Below, piece after piece: positions 1 through 13,400 of a stretch of 64,000 nt of DNA. Below the pieces are notes generated by a model, which saw only the letters and a program-made list of their open reading frames with translations, had not been told where the DNA came from and did no database searches. Source of the stretch: the human T2T-CHM13v2.0 reference genome, Homo sapiens; the NCBI RefSeq assembly GCF_009914755.1, contig NC_060940.1; one strand, 5' to 3'. Both the position numbers and the translations under genes were made by a program. How positions within the stretch are numbered: position 1 is the stretch's first letter; every line of letters starts with the position of its first letter.

Positions 1-2122
1 CATTTCATGATGATACTATTTGAGCCCATCCAATGATTCCCTTCGATTCCATTCGATGAGGATTCCATTCGATTCAATTCATTGGTGATTCTATTCAATT
101 CAATTCTTTGATTCCATTCCATTCCATTCGACAATGATTCCATTCGATTTCTTTCGATGATTCCACTCGATTCCACTTGACATTGATTCCCTTCGATTCC
201 ATTCAATGATTCCATTTGATTCCAGTGGATGATGATTGCCATCGATTCCATTCGATCACTCCATTCTATTCCATTTGATGATGATTACATTCGATTCCAT
301 TTGACGATTCCATCTGATTCTATTCGAGGATTCCATTTGATTCCATTCGATGATGATTCCCTTCGAGTCCATTCGATGATTTCATTCGAGTACATCCAAT
401 GATTCCATTCGAGTCCATTTGATGATTCCATTTGATTCCATTTGATAATGATTCTACTAGAGTCCATTCAATGACTCCATTGGAGTCCATTCAACAATTC
501 CATTCGACTCCATTTGATGATTCCATTCGATTCCATTTGATGATTCCATTCGAGTCCATTTAATCATTACAGTCGAGTCCATTTGGTGATTCCACCGGAT
601 TTCCTTTGATAATGATACCATTCAATTACATTTGATGATGATCCCATTCAATTTCATTTGATGGTGATTCCATTAGAGTCCATTCGATGATTTCATTCGA
701 GTCCCTTCATTGATTCCATCTGATTTCATTGGATGATGACTCCATTCGAGTCCATTCGATGATTCCACTCGATTCCATTAGATGATTCCATTGGAGTCCA
801 TTTGATTGTTCCATTCGATTCCATTCGATTCCTTTCGAAGATTATTCCATTTGAGTCCATTCGATGATGATTCCATTCCATTCCATTCGATGATTCCGTT
901 TGATTCCATTCGATGATTCCCTTCGATTCCTTTCTTTGATGATTCCATTCCATTCCATTCAATGATTCCATTCGAATCTATTCCATGATGATTCCTTTCG
1001 ATTCCATTCGCTGATGTTTCCGTTCAATTCCATTCGATGATGATTCCATTCGATTCCATTCATTGAGGATTCCATTTGATTCCATTCAATGATGATTCCG
1101 TTCTATTCCATTCAATGATTGCATTCAATTCCATTCAATGATTATCCCCTTAGAGTAAACTCAACGATTCCATTCAATACCATTCGATGATGATTCCTTT
1201 TGAGTCCATTCAATGATTTCATTCAAGTCCACTTGATGATTCCTTTCAATTCCATTCTATGATGATTCCATTCGAGTCCATTCGATGATTCCATTCGATT
1301 GCATTCGATGATTCCATTATATTCCAGTCAACGATGATTCCATTCGAGTCCATTCGATGATTCCATTAGAGTACATTTAATGATTGCTTTGTTTTCAATT
1401 CGAAGATGATTACATTGGATTCCATTCTATGATACCATTCGATTCCATTCAATGATGATTCCACTCAAATCCATTGGATGATTCCATTCGTGTCCATTCG
1501 GTGATTTCATTAGATTCCATTCGAGGATGATTCCATTCGATTCCATTCGATGATTCCATTCAATTCCATTCGATTATGATTCCATTCCAGTCCATATGAT
1601 CATTCCATTTGATTTCATTCGATGATGATTCCATTCGATTCCATTCGATGATTCCATTCTATTCCATTCGATGATGATTCCATTCGAGTCCATTCGATGA
1701 TTCCATTCGAGTCCATTTAATGATTCCATTGGGTTCAATTCAATGATGATTACATTGGATTCCGTTCTATGATTCCATTCAATTCCGTTCATTGACAATT
1801 TGATTCCATTCGATGATGATTCCATTTGAGTTCATTCGATGATTCTATTCGATTCTCTTCGATGGTGATTCAATTCTATTATATTGGATGATTCCATTCG
1901 ATTCCATTTGATGTTGATTCAATTCGATTCTATTCGATGATGATTCCATTGGATTTCACTTGATGATTCTATTCGATTCCATTCAATGATGATTCACTTC
2001 TCGTCCATTGGATGATTCCATTTCATTCCATTCGATGATGATTCCATTCGATTCCATTCGATGATTCCATTTGATTCCATGTGACGGTGAGCAATTCGAT
2101 TCAATTCCATGATGATTCTATT

Positions 2123-2133
2123 TGATTCAATTA
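2123..2133 (-). promoter_or_regulatory. Putative DUX4 binding motif TAATTGAATCA (representative; also at 15229, 20771, 22073, 27615, 33724, 39813, 50438, 56549, 62857)
   Basis: The + strand TGATTCAATTA is the reverse complement of TAATTGAATCA, which fits the DUX4 consensus TAAYYBAATCA. DUX4 is known to bind and induce HSATII. Binding at these particular sites is not shown by sequence alone. Confidence 0.5.
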
Positions 2134-4794
2134 GATGATGTTTCCATTCGAATCCATTCCATGATTATTCCATTGGAATCCATTTGGCGATGATTCCATA
2201 TGAGTCAATTCAATGATGATTCCATATGGGTCCGTTCGATGATAATTCCATTTGATTTCATTCAATGCTTCTATTCTATTCCAGTCGATGATGATTCCGT
2301 TGGAGTCCATACGATGATTCCATTTGATTTCATTTGATGATGATTCCATTCGATGATGATTACATTGGATTCCATTCTATGATTCCATTCAATTCCATTC
2401 GTTGATGATTCGATTCCATTCAATGATGATTCCATTTGAGTTCATTCGATGATTCTATTCGATTCCGTTCGATGGTGATTCAATTCTATTATATTGGATG
2501 ATTCCACTCGATTCCATTTGATGATTATTCCATTGGAGTCCACTTAGTGAATCCTTTAGATTCTACTCGACGATGATTCCATTCGAGTCCATTCGATGAT
2601 ACCATTCAATTTCATTCGTTGATGCTTCCATTCAAGTGCATTCGATGATATCATTCGATTCCATTTGATGATAATTCCATTTGATTCCATGCGATGATTC
2701 TATTCGATTCCATTCAATGATAATTCCATTCAATTCAGTGATTCCTCTGGACTCCATTTGATGATGATTCCATTCAATGATTCCATTCGATTCTATTCCA
2801 AAATGATTCCATTTGAATCCATTTGATGATGATTCCATTAGATTCCATTTGATGATTCCATTCGATTGCCTTTGACGATGATTCCATTCGATTCCATTTG
2901 ATGATTCCATTCTATTCTATTCGATGATGATTCCATTCGATTCCATTTGATGATGATTGGATTCGATTCCATTTGATGATTTCATTTGATTCCATTCTTT
3001 AATGATTTCGATCAATTCCATTCGATGATTCCATTTGATTCCATTCGATAATGATTACATCCGAGTCCATTCGATCATTCCATTTGAGCCCGTTCGATAA
3101 TTCCATTTGAGTCCAATCAATGATTCCATTCATTTCCATTCAATGATTCCATTCGAGTCCATTTGATCATTCTGGTAGGGTCCGTTCGATGTTGATTCCA
3201 TTGGAGTGCATTCGATAATTCCATTCGAGTCCATTTTATGATTTGATTCGAGTCCTTTCGATGATTCCATTCGATTCCACTCGATGATGATTTCATTCGA
3301 GTCCATTCGACACTTCCAATCGATTCCATTTGATGTTTCCATTCGAGTCCAATTGATGATTCCATTCAATTCCATTCGATGATGATTCCGTACGATTCCA
3401 TTCTGTGATGATTCCATGTGATTGCATTCAATGATGATTCCTTTCGATTGCATTCGATTATGATTCATTTCGTGTTCATTCTATGGTTCCACAGGTTTCC
3501 ATTCGATGACGTTTCCGTTCGTGTCCATTCCATTATTCCATTCTATTTCATTTGATGATGATTCCATTCGATTCCATTCATTGGTGATTCCACTCAATTC
3601 CATTCAATGATTCCATTCCATTTCTTTCAACAATGATTCCATTAGTTTCTATTCGACGATCCACTTGATTCCATTTGGCGATGATTCCATTCGTGTCCAT
3701 TCGATGATTCCATTTGATTCCATATGATGATGATTCCATTCGATTCCATACCATGATGATTCCATTCGAGTCCATTCAATGGTGATTCCATTCAATTCCA
3801 TTCGATGATTCCTTCCGATTCCATTCGATGATGATAGCATTCGATTCCTTTCAATCATTCCCTTTGATTCCATTCAAAGGTGATTTCATTCAAGTCCATT
3901 CGATAATTGCATTCGATTCCATTCTATGATGATTCCATTCGAGTCCATTTGATGATTCCATTCAATTCAAGTCAATGATGATTCCATTCAATTCCACTCG
4001 ATGATTCCAGTGGATTCCATTCGATGATGATTCCATTCAAATCCATTCGATAATTCAATTCAAGTCCATTCGATGATGATTCCAATCGAATCCATTCAAA
4101 GATTCCATTCAATTCCATTCGATGATGATTCCCTTAGATTCCATTCGATGATTCCACTTGATTCCATTTACGATGATTCCATTCGATTCCATGTGATGAA
4201 TCCATTCAATTCTATTCAATGATGTTTCCATTTGATTCCATTGGACCATGATTGCCTTTGATTCCATTCAATGATTCCATTCGGTTCCATTTGATGATGA
4301 TTTCGTTCGATTCCATTTCATTATTCCATTTGATTCCATTGGATGAGTCCATTCGATTACATTCGATGATTATTCCATTCGAGTGCATTAGATGATTGCA
4401 TTCGAGTCCATTCGATGATTCCATTCGATTCCATTCGATGTTGATTCTGTTCAAATCCATTCGATGATTCCACTCGATTCCAATCGATGACTCCATTTGA
4501 TCCCATTCGATGATTTCCTGTGATTCCCTTTGATGATCATTCTATTTGATTCAATTCGGTGATTTCATTTCATTCCATTCAGTGATGTTTCCATTCGACT
4601 GTATTCGATGATGATTCCATTCGACTCCATTCGATTATGATTTCATTCAATTCCATTCAATAATGATTCCCTTCGAGTCCATTCGATGATTCCATTCGAT
4701 TCCATTCAACGATGATTTGATTCGTTTCCATTCGATGATTCCATTTGATTCCACTTGATGATGATTCCATTCGAGTCCATTTGATGATTCCATT

Positions 4795-6626
4795 CGAGTC
4801 TATTTACGTATTATATTCGTGTCCACTTCATGATTCCATTCAATTCCATTTAATGTTGATTCCATTTGATTCCATTTGATGATTCAGTTCGATTCCTTGC
4901 AATGATTCCCTACGATTCCTTTCTCTGATGATTCCATTCGATTCCATTCATTGATGATTTCATTCGACTCCATTCGATGATGATTCCTTTCGATTCCATT
5001 TGACGATGTTTCCATTCGAGTCCATTCGATGATGATTCTATTCAATTCTGTTCTATTATGATTCCATTCGATTTCATTCAATGCTTCTATTTGATTCCAT
5101 TCGATGATGATTCCATCTCTTTCCCTTCGATGATTCCATTTGATTCCATTCAGTGATGATTCCATTTGATTCCATCTGATGATGATTTCACTTGATTCCT
5201 TTCAATGATGATTCAATTCAAGTCCATTCGATGATTCCATTGGAGTCCAAACGATCATTCCGTTCGATTCCATTCAATGGTGATTCCATTCATGTCCATT
5301 CGATGAATCCATTCAATTCCATTCGATGATGACTCCATTCGAGTACATTCGATGATTCCATTTGATTCCATTTGAAGATGATTCCATTCAATTCCATTCG
5401 AAGATGATTCCATTCAATTCCATTCGATGATGATTCCGTATGAATCCATTCTCTGATTATTCCATTCGATTCCATTCATTGACGATTCCATTCAATTCCA
5501 TTCAATGATGATTCTCTTCTATTCCATTCGATGATTCCGGTCGATTCCATTCGATGATGATTCCATTAGATTCCATTCGATTGTTGCATTCGATTCCCTT
5601 CGATGATGATTCCTTTGAATTCCATTCGATTATCATTCCGTATGAATCCATTTGATGATTATTCCATTGGATTCCTTTCGATGATGATTCCATTCGATTC
5701 CATTTGATGATGTTTCTCTTGTATTCCATTGGATAATTCCTTTCCGTTCCCTTCGATGATTATTCTTTCGAGTCAATTCGATGATTCTATTCCATTCCCT
5801 TCGATGATGATTCCATTTCACTCCATTTGATGATTCCATTCGACTCAATTTGGTGATGATTCAATTCGATGACATTCGATGACTCCATTCAATTTCATTT
5901 GATGATGATTACATTCGAGTCCATTTGATGATTGTATTCCTTTCCTTTTGATGATTATTCCATTCGTGTCTATTCAAAGGTTCCATTCTATTCCATTCAA
6001 TGATGATTGCATTTGATTCCATTCAATGATTATGGCTATCGATTCCACTCGTTGATTCCATTTGATTCCGTTCGATGATTATTCCGTTAGATTCCATTAG
6101 AAGATTCCATTCGATTTTATTCAATGATTCCAATGGATTCCATTCAATGATGATTCCATTCGACTCCATTCAGTGATTCCATTCGAGTCCATTTGATGAT
6201 TCCATTCTTTTCCATTTGATGATGATTCCATTAGGGTCCATTCAATGATTCCATTCGAGTCCATTCGTTAATGCCTTTCGAGTCCTTTTGATCACTACAT
6301 TCGAGTCCATTCAATGATTCTATTCGATTCCATTCCATGATGATTCCATTCGAGTTCATTCGATGATTGCATTCGAGTCCATTTGATGATTCCATATGAT
6401 TCCCTTCGACAATGATTCCATTCGTGTCCATTTGATGATTCCATTCATTTCCTATCGATGAAGATTCCATTCAAGTGTATTCGATGATTCCATTCAAATC
6501 CATTCGATGATGATTCCATTCCAGTCCATTCGATCATTCCACTTGATTCCATTTGATGACTATTCCATTCAAATCCATTTGATGATTCCATTCGATTCCA
6601 TTCGATGTTACCATTCGAGTATATAC
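4795..6626 (+). repeat. Non-canonical HSat2 block (~1.8 kb) absent from the 6112-bp unit, copy 1
   Basis: Contains words not seen in full units: TATTTACGTATTATATTCGTG, TCCCTACGATTCC, TCCGTATGAATCC, TATGGCTATC, GTTAATGCCTTTCG, GATCACTACAT. Confidence 0.8.
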
Positions 6627-8924
6627 GATGATTCCACTCGATTCCATTTGATGATTATTCCATTGGAGTCCACTTAGTGAATCCTTTAGATTCTACTCGA
6701 AGATGATTCCATTCGAGTCCATTCGATGATACCATTCAATTCCATTCGTTGATGCTTCCATTCAAGTGCATTCGATGATATCATTCGATTCCATTTGATG
6801 ATAATTCCATTTGATTCCATGCGATGATTCTATTCGATTCCATTCAATGATAATTCCATTCAATTCAGTGATTCCTCTGGACTCCATTTGATGATGATTC
6901 CATTCAATGATTCCATTCGATTCTATTCGAAAATGATTCCATTTGAATCCATTTGATGATGATTCCATTGGATTCCATTTGATGATTCCATTCGATTCCA
7001 TTCGATGATGATTCCATTCGATTCCTTTTGATGATTCCATTCTATTGTATTCGATGATGATTCCATTCGATTCCATTCGATGATGATTGGATTCGATTCC
7101 ATTTGATGATTTCATTTGATTCCATTCGATAATGATTTCGATCAATTCCATTCGATGATTCCATTCGATTCCATTCGATAATGATTACATCCGAGTCCAT
7201 TCGATGATTCCATTTGAGCCCGTTCGATAATTCCATTTGAGTCCAATCAATGATTCCATTCATTTCCATTCAATGATTCCATTCGAGTCCATTTGATCAT
7301 TCCGGTAGGGTCCGTTCGATGTTGATTCCATTGGAGTGCATTCGATGATTCCATTCGAGTCCATTTTATGATTTGATTCGAGTCCTTTCGATGATTCCAT
7401 TCGATTCCACTTGATGATGATTTCATTCGAGTCCATTCGACACTTCCAATCGATTCCATTTGATGTTTCCATTCGAGTCCAATTGATGATTCCATTCAAT
7501 TCCATTCGATGATGATTCCGTACGATTCCATTCTGTGATGATTCCATGTGATTGCATTCCATGATGATTCCTTTCGATTGCATTCGATTATGATTCATTT
7601 CGTGTTCATTCTATGGTTCCACAGGTTTCCATTCGATGACGTTTCCGTTCGTGTCCATTCCATTATTCCATTCTATTTCATTTGATGATGATTCCATTCG
7701 ATTCCATTCATTGGTGATTCCACTCAATTCCATTCAATGATTCCATTCCATTTCTTTCAACAATGATTCCATTAGTTTCTATTCGATGATCCACTTGATT
7801 CCATTTGGCGATGATTCCATTCGTGTCCATTCGATGATTCCATTTGATTCCATATGATGATGATTCCATTCGATTCCATACCATGATGATTCCATTCGGG
7901 TCCATTCAATGGTGATTCCATTCAATTCCATTCGATGATTCCTTCCGATTCCATTCGATGATGATGGCATTCGATTCCTTTCAATCATTCCCTTTGATTC
8001 CATTCAAAGGTGATTTCATTCAAGTCCATTCGATAATTGCATTCGATTCCATTCTATGATGATTCCATTCGAGTCCATTTGATGATTCCATTCAATTCAA
8101 GTCAATGATGATTCCATTCAATTCCACTCGATGATTCCATTGGATTCCATTCGATGATGATTCCATTCAAATCCATTCGATAATTCAATTCAAGTCCATT
8201 CGATGATGATTCCAATCGAATCCATTCAAAGATTCCATTCAATTCCATTCGATGATGATTCCCTTAGATTCCATTCGATGATTCCACTTGATTCCATTTA
8301 CGATGATTCCATTCGATTCCATGTGATGAATCCATTCAATTCTATTCAATGATGTTTCCATTTGATTCCATTGGACCATGATTGCCTTTGATTCCATTCA
8401 ATGATTCCATTCGGTTCCATTTGATGATGATTCCGTTCGATTCCATTTCATTATTCCATTTGATTCCATTGGATGAGTCCATTCGATTACATTCGATGAT
8501 TATTCCATTCGAGTGCATTAGATGATTGCATTCGAGTCCATTCGATGATTCCATTCGATTCCATTCGATGTTGATTCTGTTCAAATCCATTCGATGATTC
8601 CACTCAATTCCAATCGATGACTCCATTTGATCCCATTCGATGATTTCCTGTGATTCCCTTTGATGATCATTCTATTTGATTCAATTCGGTGATTTCATTT
8701 CATTCCATTCAGTGATGTTTCCATTCGACTGTATTCGATGATGATTCCATTCGACTCCATTCGATTATGATTTCATTCAATTCCATTCAATAATGATTCC
8801 CTTCGAGTCCATTCGATGATTCCATTCGATTCCATTCAACGATGATTTGATTCGTTTCCATTCGATGATTCCATTTGATTCCACTTGATGATGATTCCAT
8901 TCGAGTCCATTTGATGATTCCATT

Positions 8925-10560
8925 CGAGTCTATTTATGTATTATATTCGTGTCCACTTCATGATTCCATTCAATTCCATTTAATGTTGATTCCATTTGAT
9001 TCCATTTGATGATTCAGTTCGATTCCTTGCAATGATTCCCTACGATTCCTTTCTCTGATGATTCCATTCGATTCCATTCATTGATGATTTCATTCGACTC
9101 CATTCGATGATGATTCCTTTCGATTCCATTTGACGATGTTTCCATTCGAGTCCATTCGATGATGATTCTATTCAATTCTGTTCTATTATGATTCCATTCG
9201 ATTTCATTCAATGCTTCTATTTGATTCCATTCGATGATGATTCCATCTCTTTCCCTTCGATGATTCCATTTGATTCCATTCAGTGATGATTCCATTTGAT
9301 TCCATCTGATGATGATTTCACTTGATTCCTTTCAATGATGATTCAATTCAAGTCCATTCTATGATTCCATTGGAGTCCAAACGATCATTCCGTTCGATTC
9401 CATTCAATGGTGATTCCATTCATGTCCATTCGATGAATCCATTCAATTCCATTCGATGATGACTCCATTCGAGTACATTCGATGATTCCATTTGATTCCA
9501 TTTGAAGATGATTCCATTCAATTCCATTCGAAGATGATTCCATTCAATTCCATTCGATGATGATTCCGTATGAATCCATTCTCTGATTATTCCATTCGAT
9601 TCCATTCATTGACGATTCCATTCAATTCCATTCAATGATGATTCTCTTCTATTCCATTCGATGATTCCGGTCGATTCCATTCGATGATGATTCCATTAGA
9701 TTCCATTCGATTGTTGCATTCGATTCCCTTCGATGATGATTCCTTTGAATTCCATTCGATTATCATTCCGTATGAATCCATTTGATGATTATTCCATTGG
9801 ATTCCTTTCGATGATGATTCCATTCGATTCCATTTGATGATGTTTCTCTTGTATTCCATTGGATAATTCCTTTCAGTTCCCTTCGATGATTATTCTTTCG
9901 AGTCAATTCGATGATTCTATTCCATTCCCTTCGATGATGATTCCATTTCACTGCATTTGATGATTCCATTCGACTCAATTTGGTGATGATTCAATTCGAT
10001 GACATTCGATGACTCCATTCAATTTCATTTGATGATGATTACATTCGAGTCCATTTGATGATTGTATTCCTTTCCTTTTGATGATTATTCCATTCGTGTC
10101 TATTCAAAGATTCCATTCTATTCCATTCAATGATGATTGCATTTGATTCCATTCAATGATTATGGCTATCGATTCCACTCGTTGATTCCATTTGATTCCG
10201 TTCGATGATTATTCCGTTAGATTCCATTAGAAGATTCCATTCGATTTTATTCAATGATTCCAATGGATTCCATTCAATGATGATTCCATTCGACTCCATT
10301 CAGTGATTCCATTCGAGTCCATTTGATGATTCCATTCTTTTCCATTTGATGATGATTCCATTAGGGTCCATTCAATGATTCCATTCGAGTCCATTCGTTA
10401 ATGCCTTTCGAGTCCTTTTGATCACTACATTCGAGTCCATTCAATGATTCTATTCGATTCCATTCCATGATGATTCCATTCGAGTTCATTCGATGATTGC
10501 ATTCGAGTCCATTTGATGATTCCATATGATTCCCTTCGACAATGATTCCATTCGTGTCCA
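8925..10560 (+). repeat. Non-canonical HSat2 block, copy 2 (3' truncated)
   Basis: Same words at +4130; the sequence returns to the canonical unit near 10560. Confidence 0.8.
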
Positions 10561-13400
10561 TTCGATGATTCCATTCGATTCCATTCAACGATGATTTGAT
10601 TCGTGTCCATTCGATGATTCCATTTGATTCCATTTGATGATGATTCCATTCGAGTCCCTTTGATGATTCCATTCAATTCCATTCTCCGATGATTTCTTCT
10701 GAGCCCATTCAATGCTTCCACTCGATTCCATATGATGATGACTCCATTTGATGAAATTCCATGATGATTCCATTCGCTTGCATTCGATGATGATTCCACT
10801 TGAGTCCGTTAGAAGATTCTATTCAATTACATTCCATGACGATTCTGTTCGAGTCCATTTGATGATTCCATTAGACTCCATTCGACGATGATTCCATTCG
10901 ATGTTATTCGATGATGATTCCATTCAACTCCATTCGATGTTTCCATTCGAGGTCATTCTATTATTCCATTAGATTCCATTCGATGATGATTCCATTCGAT
11001 TCCATTTGATGATTGCATTCTATTTCATTTGATGATGATTCCATTCGAGTCCATTCGATGATTCCATTCGAGTCCATTTAATGAATCCATTGGTTTCAAT
11101 TCTATGATGATTACATTGGATTCCATTCGTTGATGATTTCATTCGATTCCATTCAATGATGATTCCATTCAATTCCATTCAATGATTCCATTCAATTCCA
11201 TACGATGATGATTCCATTGGATTTGATTCCACAGTGAGCCATTCGATTCAATTCCATGATGATTCTATTTTATTCAATAGGTTGACATTTCCATTCGATT
11301 CCATTCGATGATGATTCCCTTTGATTCCATTCAAAGCTGATTCCATTCTAGCCCATTCAATCATTCCATTCGATTCTATTCAATGATGATTCCATTCATG
11401 TCGATTTGGTGATTCCATTTGACTTCATTTGATGATGATTCTTTTCAAGTTCATTAGATGATTCCATTCGATTCCATTTGATGATGATCCCATTCGAGTC
11501 CATTTGATGATTCCACTCGTTTCCATTCCATGATGATTCCATTCCATTCCATTCAATGATTCCATTCGATTCCGTTTGATGATGATTTCATTCGAGTCCA
11601 TTTCATGATTCCATTTGATTCCATTCGATGATGATTACATTCGAGTCCATACGATGATTCCACTCAATTCCATATGATGATGATTCCATTCGATTCCATT
11701 CGATGATTCCACTTGATTCCATTTACGATGATTCCATTCGATTCCATGTGATGATTCCATTCAGTTCTATTCAATGCTGTTTCCATTTGATTCCATTCGA
11801 CCATGATTGCCTTTGATTCCATTCAATGACTCCATTCGGTTCCTTTTGATTATGATTCCGTTCGATTCCATTTCATTATTCCATTTGATTCCATTGGATG
11901 AGTCCATTCGATTACATTCGATGATTATTCCATTCGAGTGCATTAGATGATTCCATTCGAGTCCATTCGATGATTCCATTCGATTCCATTCGATGTTGAT
12001 TCTGTTCAAATCCATTCGATGATTCCACTCGATTCCATTCGATGACTCCAGTTGATCCCATTCGATGATTTCCTTTGATTCCCTTTGATGATCATTCCAT
12101 TTGATTCAATTCGGTGATTTCATTTGATTCCATTCAGTGATGTTTCCATTCGACTCCATTCGATGATGATTCCATTCGACTCCATTCGATTATGATTTCA
12201 TTCAATTCCATTCGATAATGATTCCCTTCGAGTCCATTCGATGATTCCATTCGATTCCATTCAACGATGATTTGATTCGTGTCCATTCGATGATTCCATT
12301 TGATTCCACTTGATGATGATTCCATTCGAGTCCATTTGATGATTCCATTCAATTCCATTCTCCGATGATTTCTTTTGAGCCCATTCAATGCTTCCACTCG
12401 ATTCCATATGATGATGACTCCATTCGATGAAATTCAATGATGATTCCCTTTGATTCCATTCAAAGATGATTCCATTCTAGCCCATTCAATCATTCCATTC
12501 GATTCTATTCAATGATGATTCCATTCATGTCGATTTGGTGATTCCATTTGACTTCATTTGATGATGATTCCTTTCAAGTTCATTAGATGATTCCATTCGA
12601 TTCCATTTGATGATGATCCCATTGGAGTCCATTCAGTGATTCCACTCGTTTCCATTCCATGATGATTCCATTCCATTCCATTCAATGATTCCATTCGATT
12701 CCGTTTGATGATGATTTCATTCGAGTCCATTTGATGATTCCATTGGATTCCATTCGATGATGATTCCATTCGAGTCCATTCGATGATTCTATTCGAATCC
12801 ATTTGATGATTTCTTTTGATTATAGTTGGTGATGATTCCATTGGAGTCCATTCAATGATTCCATTCGATTCCAATCGATGGTGATTCCATTAGAGTCCAT
12901 TTAACGATTCCATTTGATTCCAGTCTCTGATGATTACATTCGAGTCCATACGATGATTCCACTCAATTCCATATGATGATGATTCCATTCTATTCCATTC
13001 GATGATTCCATTCTATTCTATTCAATGGTGATTCCATTCGAGTACATTAGATGATTCCATTCGATTCCATTCAATGATGATTCTATTTGTGTCCCTTAGA
13101 TGGTTCCACATGATTCCATTTCATGATGATACTATTTGAGCCCATCCAATGACTCCCTTCGATTCCATTCGATGAGGATTCCATTCGATTCATTTCATTG
13201 GTGATTCTATTCAATTCAATTCTTTGATTCCATTCCATTCCATTCGAAAATGATTCCATTCGATTTCTTTCGATGATTCCACTCGATTCCACTTGACATT
13301 GATTCCATTCGATTCCATTCAATGATTCCGTTTGATTCCAGTGGATGATGATTGCCGTCAATTCCATTCGATCACTCCATTCTATTCCATTTGATGATGA

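Larger units (their letters stand above)
2497..10575 (+). repeat. Tandem duplication with 4130-bp period (about 2497-6445 repeated at about 6627-10575)
   Basis: Pseudo-ORF pairs are all offset by 4130: 2632/6762, 3117/7247, 3578/7708, 4212/8342, 4884/9014, 5290/9420, 5502/9632, 5633/9763, 6231/10361. Confidence 0.92.

Noticed and set aside
4795-6626. Foreign block as a mobile element
   Set aside because: It is HSat2 sequence with no terminal repeats, short target-site duplication or coding capacity.
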